Assembly: GCA_016219925.1 (NCBI GenBank)
Contig: JACRJU010000003.1
Span: 22,505 to 86,504, forward strand
Reading direction: 5' to 3'
DNA: 64,000 bases
From: Candidatus Uhrbacteria bacterium
Lineage (GTDB): Bacteria; Patescibacteriota; Patescibacteriia; UBA9934; GWF2-40-263
The notes below the pieces were generated by a model. The model saw only the letters and a program-made list of their open reading frames with translations. It did not search any database and was not told where the DNA came from. Position numbers and translations under genes: made by a program. Positions 1-11,124 of this stretch are shown in pieces. The stretch's first letter is position 1, and every line of letters begins with the position of its first letter.

Positions 1-40
1 CGCAGTTGCGCCGTTATCTACCGACGAAGAAAACGTAACT

Positions 41-406
41 ATGCCTGATTCGCGGCGGGAGTGGGGAACCGATATTGAAAAAGCCATCGCCGTGCATTTG
101 GAAGGGCAGGGGTACACGATTTTAGCTCATCAATACCAAACCCCTTATGGTGAAATCGATCTGGTCTGCCGCGATGGGGACGAGATCGTTTTTGTTGAAG
201 TGAAGGCTCGACGGTCGAGAGCGTTCGGATACCCCGAAGAGAGTGTCACGACTCGCAAGCTCGGGCATCTCGTCAAATCCGCGCAGAGTTATCTTCAGCG
301 CCTCGATGCCGATCAGGCTTGGCGGATTGATGTCATTGCTGTGGAAGCTGGAACCTCCTTCGGCATCGAGCACATAAAAGCGGTTGACATCCCCAACCGG
401 TTTTGA
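41..406 (+). CDS. yraN: YraN/UPF0102 family putative endonuclease
   Basis: Motifs GEIDLV, FVEVKAR, PEESVT and WRIDVIAV; 121 aa. Confidence 0.9.
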   Translation: MPDSRREWGTDIEKAIAVHLEGQGYTILAHQYQTPYGEIDLVCRDGDEIVFVEVKARRSRAFGYPEESVTTRKLGHLVKSAQSYLQRLDADQAWRIDVIAVEAGTSFGIEHIKAVDIPNRF

Positions 407-474
407 TACTCTTTTAGAGTTGTTGAACCTGTCGAAAGACGGGTTCATTTAATAAAAAGGATCTGATTCCAACT

Positions 475-1704
475 ATGTCCTCTCCCATTGAACAAGCTAT
501 TCGACAAATCGTTGAAGAAAAAGGTCTCCAATATGAGGCGGTGATGGATGCGATTGAATCGGCTCTTGCCGCGGCCTATCGCAAAGATTTTGGTGACAAA
601 AATCAAAACACGGAAGTCAAATTTGATCCCTCCAACGGCACCATGCAAGTGTGGGACATCAAGACGGTTGTCGAGGATATGGACCTCGAAGAATTGGAAC
701 GGCTCGAAGAAGAGCGGCGTATGCGCGCCGAAGAGTTGGCGAAGAAAGTTGAAGAGGCGCGAAAAAGTGGCGAGGAGCTTCCGGCGATTTCGATTGAGGA
801 AGATTTGGGGCCGCGATTCAATCCAAAAACAGACCTCATGATTTCTGAGGCAAAAATTTTGAAACATGACGCGCAGATTGGTGACATCATTCGAAGCGAA
901 CTGCCGCAACCAGAAGAATTCGGTCGCATGGCCGCGATGACCGCCAAACAGGTGATCACGCAAAAATTGCGCGAAGCCGAGCGTGAGGTGGTGTTCAACG
1001 AGTACAAAGAGCACGAAGGTGAATTACTGAACGGAACCGTCCAGCGCCGAGAAGGCCGCGTTGTGCTTGTGGATCTGGGTCGAACGACCGCGATTATGCG
1101 CGCAGAGGATCAGATGCAATTTGAACGTTACAATCCAGGTGATCGGATCAAGGTCTTTGTGCGCCAGGTGGGTCTTACGACTAAAGGACCGGAGATTCTC
1201 GTTTCGCGCACCGCGGATGAAATGGTGCGTCGATTGTTTGAGATTGAAATCCCCGAAGTCGCTGATGGATTGGTCGAGATCAAGGCGATTGCCCGCGAGG
1301 CAGGCTCGCGCTCTAAAGTTGCTGTGTTTACATCTGACGATTCCATTGATCCGATCGGCGCGTGCATCGGCCAACGCGGCACACGCATCCAAACGATCAT
1401 CTCTGAAATGGGTGGAGAAAAAGTCGACATTGTCGAGTGGAGTGAGAATGCGGTTCAATACATCACCCACGCGCTCTCTCCAGCCAAAGTCGTTAAAGTT
1501 GATTTGGACGAAAAAGAGCATAACGCGGCTGTGAAAGTGCAAGAAGATCAGCTTTCGCTCGCGATTGGTAAGGGAGGACAAAATGTCCGGCTCGCCGCGC
1601 GATTGACCGGATGGAAAATCAATATTGCTGGGGCGGAAATTGAGACTCCCGTCGAGTCCGCTCCAGAACCAGCCGCTGTGACAGAAGACCCTAAGGAGGA
1701 ATAA
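475..1704 (+). CDS. nusA: Transcription termination/antitermination factor NusA
   Basis: FGRMAAMTAKQVI, S1 domain, KH motifs AREAGSRSKVAV and LAIGKGGQNVRLAARLTGWKI. Confidence 0.98.
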   Translation: MSSPIEQAIRQIVEEKGLQYEAVMDAIESALAAAYRKDFGDKNQNTEVKFDPSNGTMQVWDIKTVVEDMDLEELERLEEERRMRAEELAKKVEEARKSGEELPAISIEEDLGPRFNPKTDLMISEAKILKHDAQIGDIIRSELPQPEEFGRMAAMTAKQVITQKLREAEREVVFNEYKEHEGELLNGTVQRREGRVVLVDLGRTTAIMRAEDQMQFERYNPGDRIKVFVRQVGLTTKGPEILVSRTADEMVRRLFEIEIPEVADGLVEIKAIAREAGSRSKVAVFTSDDSIDPIGACIGQRGTRIQTIISEMGGEKVDIVEWSENAVQYITHALSPAKVVKVDLDEKEHNAAVKVQEDQLSLAIGKGGQNVRLAARLTGWKINIAGAEIETPVESAPEPAAVTEDPKEE

Positions 1705-1706
1705 CT

Positions 1707-2447
1707 ATGGGATGGTTTCACACGCTCCTGATCGTTCCCATCTTTAACCTGCTCGTTTTTTTCTACGACATCATTCCTGGCAAGGACATGGGGGTCGCGA
1801 TTATTTTGCTCACGATTCTCATTAAGCTCATCTTGTGGCCGTTCATGAATTCTTCTCTCAAGTCTCAAAAAGCCTTGCAGGAGATTCAGCCGAAGATTGA
1901 AGAGTTGAAGGTGACGCACAAGGATGATAAAGAGGGACTCGCAAAGGCCATGATGGAGTTGTATAAGGTAGAAAAGGTCAGTCCGTTTGCGTCGTGTTTG
2001 CCGATGCTCGTGCAATTTCCGATTTTGATCGCTTTGTACCGTGTGCTTTTGCAAGGGTTTGATCCTTCCGCGCTTGGACAGCTCTATCCGTTCATTCCAA
2101 ATCCCGGAACAATCGAACCGCACTTTCTGGGTTTTCTTAATTTGGGAGTGCCGAATATTTGGCTGGCTTTGATTGCGGGAGTCTTCCAGTTCTTCCAAAC
2201 GCGCATGCTGACGACGGGCAAACCCCCTAAGCAAGTGCAGGGAACAGCGGGTGCCAAAGACGAAACCATGTTGGCGTCCATGAATAAATCCATGTTGTAT
2301 TTCATGCCAGCGGTGACGGTGCTCATCGGCGCACGATTGCCGGGTGGTCTCGCTTTGTACTGGGTGACGGTGACGGTGTTTTCGCTGGTGCAGCAGATCG
2401 TGGTCTTCAAACAAAAACAGAGAAGCAAAGAAGTCAAAACGATTTAA
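1707..2447 (+). CDS. yidC: Membrane protein insertase YidC/Oxa1
   Basis: GVAIILLTILIKLIL, IQPKIEELK, CLPMLVQFPILIALY, GLALYW. Confidence 0.95.
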   Translation: MGWFHTLLIVPIFNLLVFFYDIIPGKDMGVAIILLTILIKLILWPFMNSSLKSQKALQEIQPKIEELKVTHKDDKEGLAKAMMELYKVEKVSPFASCLPMLVQFPILIALYRVLLQGFDPSALGQLYPFIPNPGTIEPHFLGFLNLGVPNIWLALIAGVFQFFQTRMLTTGKPPKQVQGTAGAKDETMLASMNKSMLYFMPAVTVLIGARLPGGLALYWVTVTVFSLVQQIVVFKQKQRSKEVKTI

Positions 2448-2494
2448 TGGTGAGCGGAGCCTCGGGCTCCGCTTTTGTGTTAAGATGATCGGGT

Positions 2495-3421
2495 ATGCCT
2501 TCCGCAAGCGATCTTGAACTCGCCATTTTCCGAACGCTTTGTTGGTTTTCGGTTGTGGATATCCCTCTGACGTCTTTTGATGTTTGGAAGTGGCTTTTGG
2601 CTCCGTGTCGCGGGTACGAATTATTTGAAGTGGACCGTTGTCTGACAAACAGCATCTGGCTTTCGTCGCGTATGGACCATTTAGATGGATGGTATGCGCT
2701 CAAGCATAAGTCGCTTGAACAGATGCTTCAGAGTCGGCGCACTCGGCTTCTCGATGCGTCGCGCAAGTTTAAGAAACTTCGGCGCGCGGCAGCGTTTTTT
2801 CAGTTGTTGCCGGGCGTTCGCGCGGTGTTTGCGGTGAACACGCTCGCGTGGTGGCACACCCAGCGCACAAGCGATATTGATCTTTTTATTGTGACAGCAC
2901 CGGGTCAGGTGTGGTCTTCGCGGTTTTTTTTGGTCCTTCCTTTTTTGCTCGCGGGCGCTCGACCTCATCATTTTTCCCATGTCGATTCTGTTGATCCTTT
3001 TTGTTTCAGTTTTTTTTGTGCCTCTTCCGCTTTGGCTTTTGAGTCTCTCAAACGCGGAAGCCAAGATCCATATTTGGCGTATTGGATTAAATCCGTCGTT
3101 CCCATTTTCGATCGTGATGGGATTGCGGACATTTTTGATGAACACAACCGATGGGTCCATCGGTTACTTCCGCATGCGCGTGTACGCCGACCGCATCCAC
3201 AGCACCGCCCAGTGAAAGTGCCGGCCTTGCCGATTTCAGGGAAAATGTTTGAGCCGGTTTTACGATTTTTGCAACGCAAGAAATTTCCTCAAGCGATTCA
3301 GGGTTTAGCAAATTTGGATACGCGCGTCGTCATCAGCGACGAGATGCTGAAATTTCACGAGAATGATCGCCGGCAAGAGTTCGCGCAAGCCTTTGCTGAT
3401 ACGTATTCCCGTCTCGTATGA
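2495..3421 (+). CDS. CPR-type hypothetical protein with nucleotidyltransferase-like motif
   Basis: SDIDLFI (DxD) motif; 308-aa ORF; overlaps the next gene at ATGA. Confidence 0.6.
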   Translation: MPSASDLELAIFRTLCWFSVVDIPLTSFDVWKWLLAPCRGYELFEVDRCLTNSIWLSSRMDHLDGWYALKHKSLEQMLQSRRTRLLDASRKFKKLRRAAAFFQLLPGVRAVFAVNTLAWWHTQRTSDIDLFIVTAPGQVWSSRFFLVLPFLLAGARPHHFSHVDSVDPFCFSFFCASSALAFESLKRGSQDPYLAYWIKSVVPIFDRDGIADIFDEHNRWVHRLLPHARVRRPHPQHRPVKVPALPISGKMFEPVLRFLQRKKFPQAIQGLANLDTRVVISDEMLKFHENDRRQEFAQAFADTYSRLV

Positions 3422-4698
3422 GGACTATGTGGTCACAACGATTGCTTCTGTTGAGTATTTTTTTGCTTCCTTGGCAAACGCTTTGGATTTTTTCCGTTGC
3501 CACGATCGGGGGAACTCCGGTTCCATACGGACGTTTTTCTCTTTATGGAACGCAGATTCTTCTTTTGTTGGCCGCGGCCCTTAGGGGTCGAGCGGAATAT
3601 CGAGTCGATTCGCGTTTTGTGATTCAAGGAGGATTTTTTATTTTGGCCGCGGAATTTTTTTCGCTGGCTTTTACGCCATTTTTCAAAATCGGCCTCGCCC
3701 ATGCCCTCCAATTAGTTTTTGCTTTTGTCTTGTTGTCGCTTCTGCTTGATATGCGCACCGACCTCAAGCGAGTTGCTTTCGCGTTTATATCAGGTCTTGT
3801 GATTTCCGCTGGCTTGGGTTTCTGGCAAGTCATCATCGGAAGCTCTTCCGCCGCGACTCTTTTTGGTTTATCAGCTCAACACGCGGCGGATCTTGGCACG
3901 GCCGTTGTCGAGACGACCAGCGGTCGAATGTTACGCGCCTATGGATCGTTTCCGCATCCGAATATTTTTGGGGGATATTTAGCCGTGAGTCTCTTGACTC
4001 TGGGATGGTTGCTTCGGTTTATGCGTACACGTTTGGCACTATGGGTTTTTGCGATCCCCGTCGTTATTTTGGTGAGCGCTTTTATTTTGACATTTTCTCG
4101 CGGGACATGGCTCGCTTTTGCCATAGCCAGCGTTGTTCTTTTCGTACAGATGGGTTTGTATCGCCGACTTCCTTCAAGGCGCGCCATAGGGATGATTGGC
4201 CTAGGAGCGATCACAGTTTTTTCTATAGCCTTTTTATTTAATGATCAGATTTTTGCGCGCTTGACCGCGCATGGCCGTATTGAAACAATCTCCATCATAG
4301 AGCGCACCTCCCAATACGCGGATTTTCGTGATCTCTTTTTATCTCACCCGATTTTCGGGGTGGGCGCGGGCGGATATGTGTTTGCGCTTTCGCGCGTTCA
4401 TCCGGGTGGGCAAGCGTTTAATTATCAACCCGTGCACAACGCTTTTGCCCTTGTGGCCGGGGAGCTTGGGCTTGTCGGCTTGGCCGCTGTGCTTTATCTA
4501 ATTTTTTGCATCGCGCGGTTATGGAGGACAAGCAAGAAAACTGCCGGTGGGATATTCAGCCTATCTTTGGGGGCTACGCTCATTGTTATCAGTCTGTTCG
4601 ATCACTATCTCTTTTCGCTGTGGCCCGGATTAGCGCTTGTTGTTCTGGTCATCGCGTTTATCGTTCAGTGGTCGCAGACGTTTATGGAACAGTCTTGA
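3418..4698 (+). CDS. O-antigen ligase (Wzy_C) family membrane protein
   Basis: Multi-TM; RAYGSFPHPN, LTFSRG, PIFGVGAG, PVHN..L..GELG motifs. Confidence 0.9.
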   Translation: MRTMWSQRLLLLSIFLLPWQTLWIFSVATIGGTPVPYGRFSLYGTQILLLLAAALRGRAEYRVDSRFVIQGGFFILAAEFFSLAFTPFFKIGLAHALQLVFAFVLLSLLLDMRTDLKRVAFAFISGLVISAGLGFWQVIIGSSSAATLFGLSAQHAADLGTAVVETTSGRMLRAYGSFPHPNIFGGYLAVSLLTLGWLLRFMRTRLALWVFAIPVVILVSAFILTFSRGTWLAFAIASVVLFVQMGLYRRLPSRRAIGMIGLGAITVFSIAFLFNDQIFARLTAHGRIETISIIERTSQYADFRDLFLSHPIFGVGAGGYVFALSRVHPGGQAFNYQPVHNAFALVAGELGLVGLAAVLYLIFCIARLWRTSKKTAGGIFSLSLGATLIVISLFDHYLFSLWPGLALVVLVIAFIVQWSQTFMEQS

Positions 4699-4722
4699 CA
4701 ATCGTTTTTTATTGAGTAAAAT
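4695..4722 (+). promoter_or_regulatory. sigma70-type promoter of groES-groEL
   Basis: TTGACA (4695-4700), 16-nt spacer, TAAAAT (4717-4722). Confidence 0.7.
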
Positions 4723-4729
4723 GATGTCG

Positions 4730-4756
4730 CTGGCACTCAAAAGAGGAGATTGCTAG
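4730..4756 (+). promoter_or_regulatory. CIRCE element (HrcA operator)
   Basis: CTGGCACTC-N9-GATTGCTAG vs consensus TTAGCACTC-N9-GAGTGCTAA, between the promoter and groES. Confidence 0.85.
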
Positions 4757-4778
4757 CGTATTTTAATCCCTCACGACT

Positions 4779-6702
<1,924 letters not shown>

Positions 6703-6704
6703 AG

Positions 6705-6830
6705 AGACCTTGCAAAACTCGCGATCTTTGCTTTCACGGGCACCCAGGCACCTCTTCAACGTCCGTTTGAGGACGTTTTCAGAGGATGCCAGCCCGTTCA
6801 AGCAAATCTCATCGAGTTTTGCAGAGGTCT
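6705..6830. mobile_element. MITE-like element, copy 1
   Basis: Ends AGACCT-TGCAAAACTCG ... CGAGTTTTGCAGAGGTCT; both ends shared with 38855-38948. Confidence 0.7.
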
Positions 6831-6847
6831 GAAGATGCAAAGTTGAA

Positions 6848-6874
6848 AGACGGGGTCGAACGACCCCGTCTTTT
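6848..6874 (+). terminator. Intrinsic terminator-like hairpin after groEL
   Basis: AAGACGGGGTCG-AA-CGACCCCGTCTTTT. Confidence 0.6.
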
Positions 6875-6942
6875 GATTGACATTCTCACAAAAAAATGTC
6901 ACTATTTTGCGTCGTCCTTTTCAGACGGCAGAGGGGTTCCAT

Positions 6943-7929
6943 GTGAATCTTTCCATGAGTCAAACTCAGGCTATGCGCCAGGCGCTCCGCCAAATGCTCA
7001 AGGTGGAGCTCTCCCTTGAACTGCGCCAGCTCCTTCGACAACTCCTCCAGCTCGTCGAGGAGTTGATCCAAGGGGACCTGACGATGCGATCTGTCCGCAC
7101 CTTCGAGCAGGCGATCGCCGAACATCAGGCGTGTGAGCTCGATGATGTAGCGCACGAATTGGTGCGCACTTCGCCAATCGAACGCACCCAGACCGTTTTG
7201 ACGGTGCTTGAGTACATCGTCGCGCATACTCGTGAGCCGAGCGATATGCTCGGTTTTCTCGCGCGCACGTTGCGGGAGAAGCGCTTGGAGCGCGCTTTGC
7301 CTGCCGCGCGCGTGGAGGAAGGACTGGCGCAGGGCATGCGGCTTGTTCTGCACAGGCCGTGGTCTCATTCCGGCGGTGGAAAGCCGGGGACTCCCGAGAA
7401 CCTCGTCAAACTTCTTCAAGCGATCCCGCAGTACGATGAGCATCTGGATCGTCAGCTGTGGGTATTGGCCGGCGGCTGGGCTGTTGAACTGCTCACCGGC
7501 GAGCACCTGCGCGATCATCACGATCTCGATGCACTCGTGCTCACTCGACGGCCACTCTATCTCGACTGCGACAAGGTGCACACCGACGACTACTTCGGCG
7601 TGATCTCAACCTCCAACCGCTTCATACGCGATCGGTGCATTCGTACGGTCGCATGGTCGCACGGTCGCCGCACGTTTCAGGTCGACGTACTGTGCGTCGA
7701 GTTCCTCTTCTGCTCGAAGTTTTTGCAGAAGCCCCGGCCGCAGGATTGGGAGGACGTTCAGCTTCTGACCCGCAAGTTCATCAAGACCTTCGACCTGCTC
7801 CTGCTTGAAGACATCGCCAAGCGTAACGCTTGCGGACTCTCGCGCTCCCGCGTGCGCGAACTGCTCGCGATCTTGCGCTCGCGCGATCCCGAGGCGGTCA
7901 TCGCCCAACTCTCGCGTTTCCACTCCTAG
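6943..7929 (+). CDS. Hypothetical protein with L/Q-rich N-terminus and C-terminal LinA/ANT(2'')-like nucleotidyltransferase domain
   Basis: WVLAGGWAVELLTG..R.H.DLD motif; likely GTG start at 6943 after GAGGGG, since the ORF-track start at 6877 is a TTGACA -35 box; hairpin plus T-run at 7928-7948. Confidence 0.65.
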   Translation: MNLSMSQTQAMRQALRQMLKVELSLELRQLLRQLLQLVEELIQGDLTMRSVRTFEQAIAEHQACELDDVAHELVRTSPIERTQTVLTVLEYIVAHTREPSDMLGFLARTLREKRLERALPAARVEEGLAQGMRLVLHRPWSHSGGGKPGTPENLVKLLQAIPQYDEHLDRQLWVLAGGWAVELLTGEHLRDHHDLDALVLTRRPLYLDCDKVHTDDYFGVISTSNRFIRDRCIRTVAWSHGRRTFQVDVLCVEFLFCSKFLQKPRPQDWEDVQLLTRKFIKTFDLLLLEDIAKRNACGLSRSRVRELLAILRSRDPEAVIAQLSRFHS

Positions 7930-7965
7930 CCCAAACGGGCTTTTTTTGTTACTCTATGGGGTGCT

Positions 7966-8271
7966 ATGCCAACTCAAACAGAGAAGTTTGTGAGTGCGAT
8001 TGGATACTTGGGGGTTCTGTGTCTTGTTCCTTTGCTCTTGGAAAAACAAAGTGCCTTTGCCCAGCATCATGGGAAACAAGGGCTCGTGCTTCTCATTGCG
8101 TGGATCGTGTTGTGGATGGGAAACATCATTCCCGTTCTCGGCCAAATCGTCTGGGTGATTGGTTCGATTGTGTTCATCATGGTGATCATTTTGGGAATGG
8201 TGAATGCGTTTGAAGGGAAACTATGGGAGATGCCGATCCTTGGGGAGTATGCCAAGCGCGTGAAGTTATAG
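7966..8271 (+). CDS. DUF4870-like small membrane protein
   Basis: IGYLGVLCLVPLL..F..HHGKQGLVL...G....MPILG. Confidence 0.75.
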   Translation: MPTQTEKFVSAIGYLGVLCLVPLLLEKQSAFAQHHGKQGLVLLIAWIVLWMGNIIPVLGQIVWVIGSIVFIMVIILGMVNAFEGKLWEMPILGEYAKRVKL

Positions 8272-8334
8272 ATTTTGCATGCGATGCAGAACAGGACGTG
8301 AACTCTGTCGGGGAGATCGTTACGAGATATCGTG

Positions 8335-8405
8335 GGCGGGTGGCATGAGAAGTTCTCTGTTGTGAGGAAACGAACAATAGAGAACTTCTCATGACAGGCC
8401 CCGCC
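8335..8405. repeat. Long intergenic hairpin upstream of prfB
   Basis: CATGAGAAGTTCTCTGTTGT pairs with ACAATAGAGAACTTCTCATG; closed by GGCGGG/CCCGCC. Confidence 0.7.
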
Positions 8406-8438
8406 AGATGCTTCACACTAAATACTGAGTAAAAGTGT

Positions 8439-9561
8439 ATGAACGAACTCATCAATCATATCCAAGACCTCCGGGTGCGAGCACAAAACACCTGGAGGTC
8501 CCTTTGACGTCGATACCGTCAAAACGCAGCTCGCCGCGCTAGAGGCGCAAATGGAAGCCGCGGATTTTTGGTCCAACAGCGAGCAAGCAAAAAAAGTCAG
8601 CAAGCAAGCGAGTGAACTGCGCGAGGAAGTCGACCTTTGGGAAGGATTTTTGAAAGAACTCGATGAGAATCATGAGATGGCACAGCTCGCCGATCAAGAG
8701 CATGATGTTTCATTGCAAGAAGACCTCCAAAAAAAAATGAACGTTTTGGAGCGGAAGTTCGAACGGATGGAGTTCGCCATTTTGCTTGCGGGCCCGTATG
8801 ACAATCGTCCGGCTATTCTTTCTATTCACGCTGGCTCCGGCGGAACTGAAGCGCAAGATTGGACTGAGATGCTTTTGCGTATGTTCGTGCGCTTTGCCGA
8901 ACAACGGGATTGGACGGTGACGATTCTTCATGAGTCGCGCGCAGAAGATGTTGGCATCAAAAGCGTGACGATTCGTATTGAAGGTCGCTTTGCATACGGC
9001 TATCTCAAATCCGAAGCGGGAGTGCATAGGCTTGTGCGCATTTCGCCGTTCGATGCGGAAAAAATGCGCCATACCACTTTTGCGCTTGTGGAAGTCATTC
9101 CAGAACTGGATGAGGTTGATGCGATTGAGCTCGACCCCAAAGACTTGAGGATAGATACCTTTTTGGCCAGCGGCAAAGGCGGTCAAAGTGTCAATACGAC
9201 TTACTCGGCGGTGCGCATTGTGCATCTCCCCACCAATATTTCCGTTTCATGCCAAAACGAGCGTTCTCAACAGCAAAATAAGGAAACCGCGCTGAAGATT
9301 TTGAAATCGAAACTGATGCAGTTACAATTGCAAGAACAGGAAAAAGAGAAAAAACAGCTTCGCGGCGAGTATCAGTCGGCGGAATGGGGCAATCAAATTC
9401 GGTCCTACGTTTTGCATCCGTACAAGCTTGTCAAAGATCACCGGACGGATTATGAAACCACCGACACCGAAGCGGTGCTCTCCGGCGAGCTCGAGCCGTT
9501 TATGGAAGCGTATTTAAGAAAACAGCTTTCAGCATCAGATCGCTTTGCCGATCCTTCTTAG
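8439..9561 (+). CDS. prfB: Peptide chain release factor 2 with programmed +1 frameshift
   Basis: ATG 8439 reads to CTT TGA C (8502-8508) behind internal GGAGG (8494-8498); the +1 frame joins ORF 8551..9561 with SPF and GGQ motifs. Confidence 0.97.
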
Positions 9562-9574
9562 TCCTTCTCTTATT

Positions 9575-10507
9575 ATGCCAAAATACAAAACAGCGCTTGT
9601 GACCGGAGGAGCGGGCTTCATTGGCTCGCATCTTGTGGATGCGCTCGTCCGGCGGCGCATTAAGGTCTATGTGGTTGATGATTTGTCGAGTGGGTCGTTA
9701 TCCAATCTCAATCCCAACGCTCACTTCACCAAACTATCCATCACCAATCCGCAGTTTACGACGTATTTGCGACGCCTCAAACCCGACGTCATTTTCCACT
9801 GCGCGGCGCAGATCAACGTCCGTCATTCCATCGTTGATCCTCCAAACGACGCGCAAACCAACATCATGGGGACGATTGCGCTTGCGCATACGGCCGCGCA
9901 AATCGGCGTCAAGAAAATCATTTTTTCCTCGACGGGCGGGGCGATGTATCCCGACCAAGCGCGCATGCCTGTTTCCGAACGAACGCCACCTCAACCGAGT
10001 TCGCCTTACGGTATCTCAAAGCGCGCCGCGGAAATGTATCTTTATCATGAGTATATCGTGCATGGCATGCCGTATGTCGCGTTGCGTTATGCCAACGTTT
10101 ATGGGCCGCGCCAGAACGCTAAAGGAGAGGCGGGGGTGATCACGATTTTTGCTAGTCACATGCTCGAAGGGAAACCTGTAAAGATTTTTGGTACAGGTAA
10201 GCAGACGCGCGATTATGTTTATGTGGAGGATATCGTCAAAGCCAACATGCTCGCCATGTCCCGCCATGTCGTTGGGGAATTTAATATCGGCACTGGAAAA
10301 GAGACGAACGTTAACGCGCTTTTTTCAAAACTCACGCATCTGACCGGCTATCAGATGCCAGCTCGGTATGAACCGTTTGTTTCCGGGGAGATGATGCGCA
10401 GTGCGCTGGACGCTCGTCTCGCGAAAAAAACGCTTGGGTGGGCGCCGCTTGTTTCACTTGATGAAGGTCTCAAAAAGACGGTCGCGTGGTTTTCTAAAAA
10501 AGCATGA
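9575..10507 (+). CDS. NAD-dependent epimerase/dehydratase (UDP-glucose 4-epimerase-like)
   Basis: TGGAGFIGSH, YGISK (YxxxK), RYANVYGPRQ; start set to ATG 9575. Confidence 0.9.
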   Translation: MPKYKTALVTGGAGFIGSHLVDALVRRRIKVYVVDDLSSGSLSNLNPNAHFTKLSITNPQFTTYLRRLKPDVIFHCAAQINVRHSIVDPPNDAQTNIMGTIALAHTAAQIGVKKIIFSSTGGAMYPDQARMPVSERTPPQPSSPYGISKRAAEMYLYHEYIVHGMPYVALRYANVYGPRQNAKGEAGVITIFASHMLEGKPVKIFGTGKQTRDYVYVEDIVKANMLAMSRHVVGEFNIGTGKETNVNALFSKLTHLTGYQMPARYEPFVSGEMMRSALDARLAKKTLGWAPLVSLDEGLKKTVAWFSKKA

Positions 10508-11124
10508 CGCCCCCTTTGTCTCATGATGATATTCAGGAGGCTGTTGCGGTTTTGAAAAACGGCGGAGTTGTGGTTTATCCGACCGAAACCGCTTATGGAC
10601 TCGCGGCAGACGCGACGAACGAACGGGCCGTAGAACGCGTAAGAGCCATCAAGGGAAGGGAAGCGTGGAAAACGCCACCGCTGATCGTTGCTGATAAGCA
10701 GATGGCCGAGCGTTATGTGATGCTTTCGTCTGTCCTGAACAAACTTGTACACGAATTGTGGCCGGGGCCGCTCACTATCGTGGCGCCAGTGAGTGATTTT
10801 GGACGACAAGAACTTGCGCAGGGGGTGATTCGTGATGGGACTGTGGCCCTGCGCGTAAGCTCGCACAAGATCGCAAGCGCGTTGAGCAGAGAACTTGGCA
10901 AACCGATCGTTGCTACTTCTGCCAACGTAGCCGGAGAGCCTACCTGTTTTGATATCGTTTGTGTACGCACACAGTTTGCCTCGCAACTTCTTCAACCGGA
11001 TTTTTTTCTTGATGAAGGTCCTTTGCCCGAGTGCAAGCCTTCGACGCTCATTGCAGAATGTGATGGGGAAGTGGTTATTCTTCGAGAAGGAGCTATCGAA
11101 ATAAAATATCCGTATGTTGCCTAG
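10504..11124 (+). CDS. tsaC: L-threonylcarbamoyladenylate synthase (YrdC/Sua5)
   Basis: YPTETAYGL, KGR, WPGPLT, ATSAN, PST. Confidence 0.93.
   Translation: MTPPLSHDDIQEAVAVLKNGGVVVYPTETAYGLAADATNERAVERVRAIKGREAWKTPPLIVADKQMAERYVMLSSVLNKLVHELWPGPLTIVAPVSDFGRQELAQGVIRDGTVALRVSSHKIASALSRELGKPIVATSANVAGEPTCFDIVCVRTQFASQLLQPDFFLDEGPLPECKPSTLIAECDGEVVILREGAIEIKYPYVA

Noticed and set aside
1-38. 3' end of an upstream CDS (…QLRRYLPTKKT*)
   Set aside because: Too short to identify; the frame is only inferred from the stop just before yraN.
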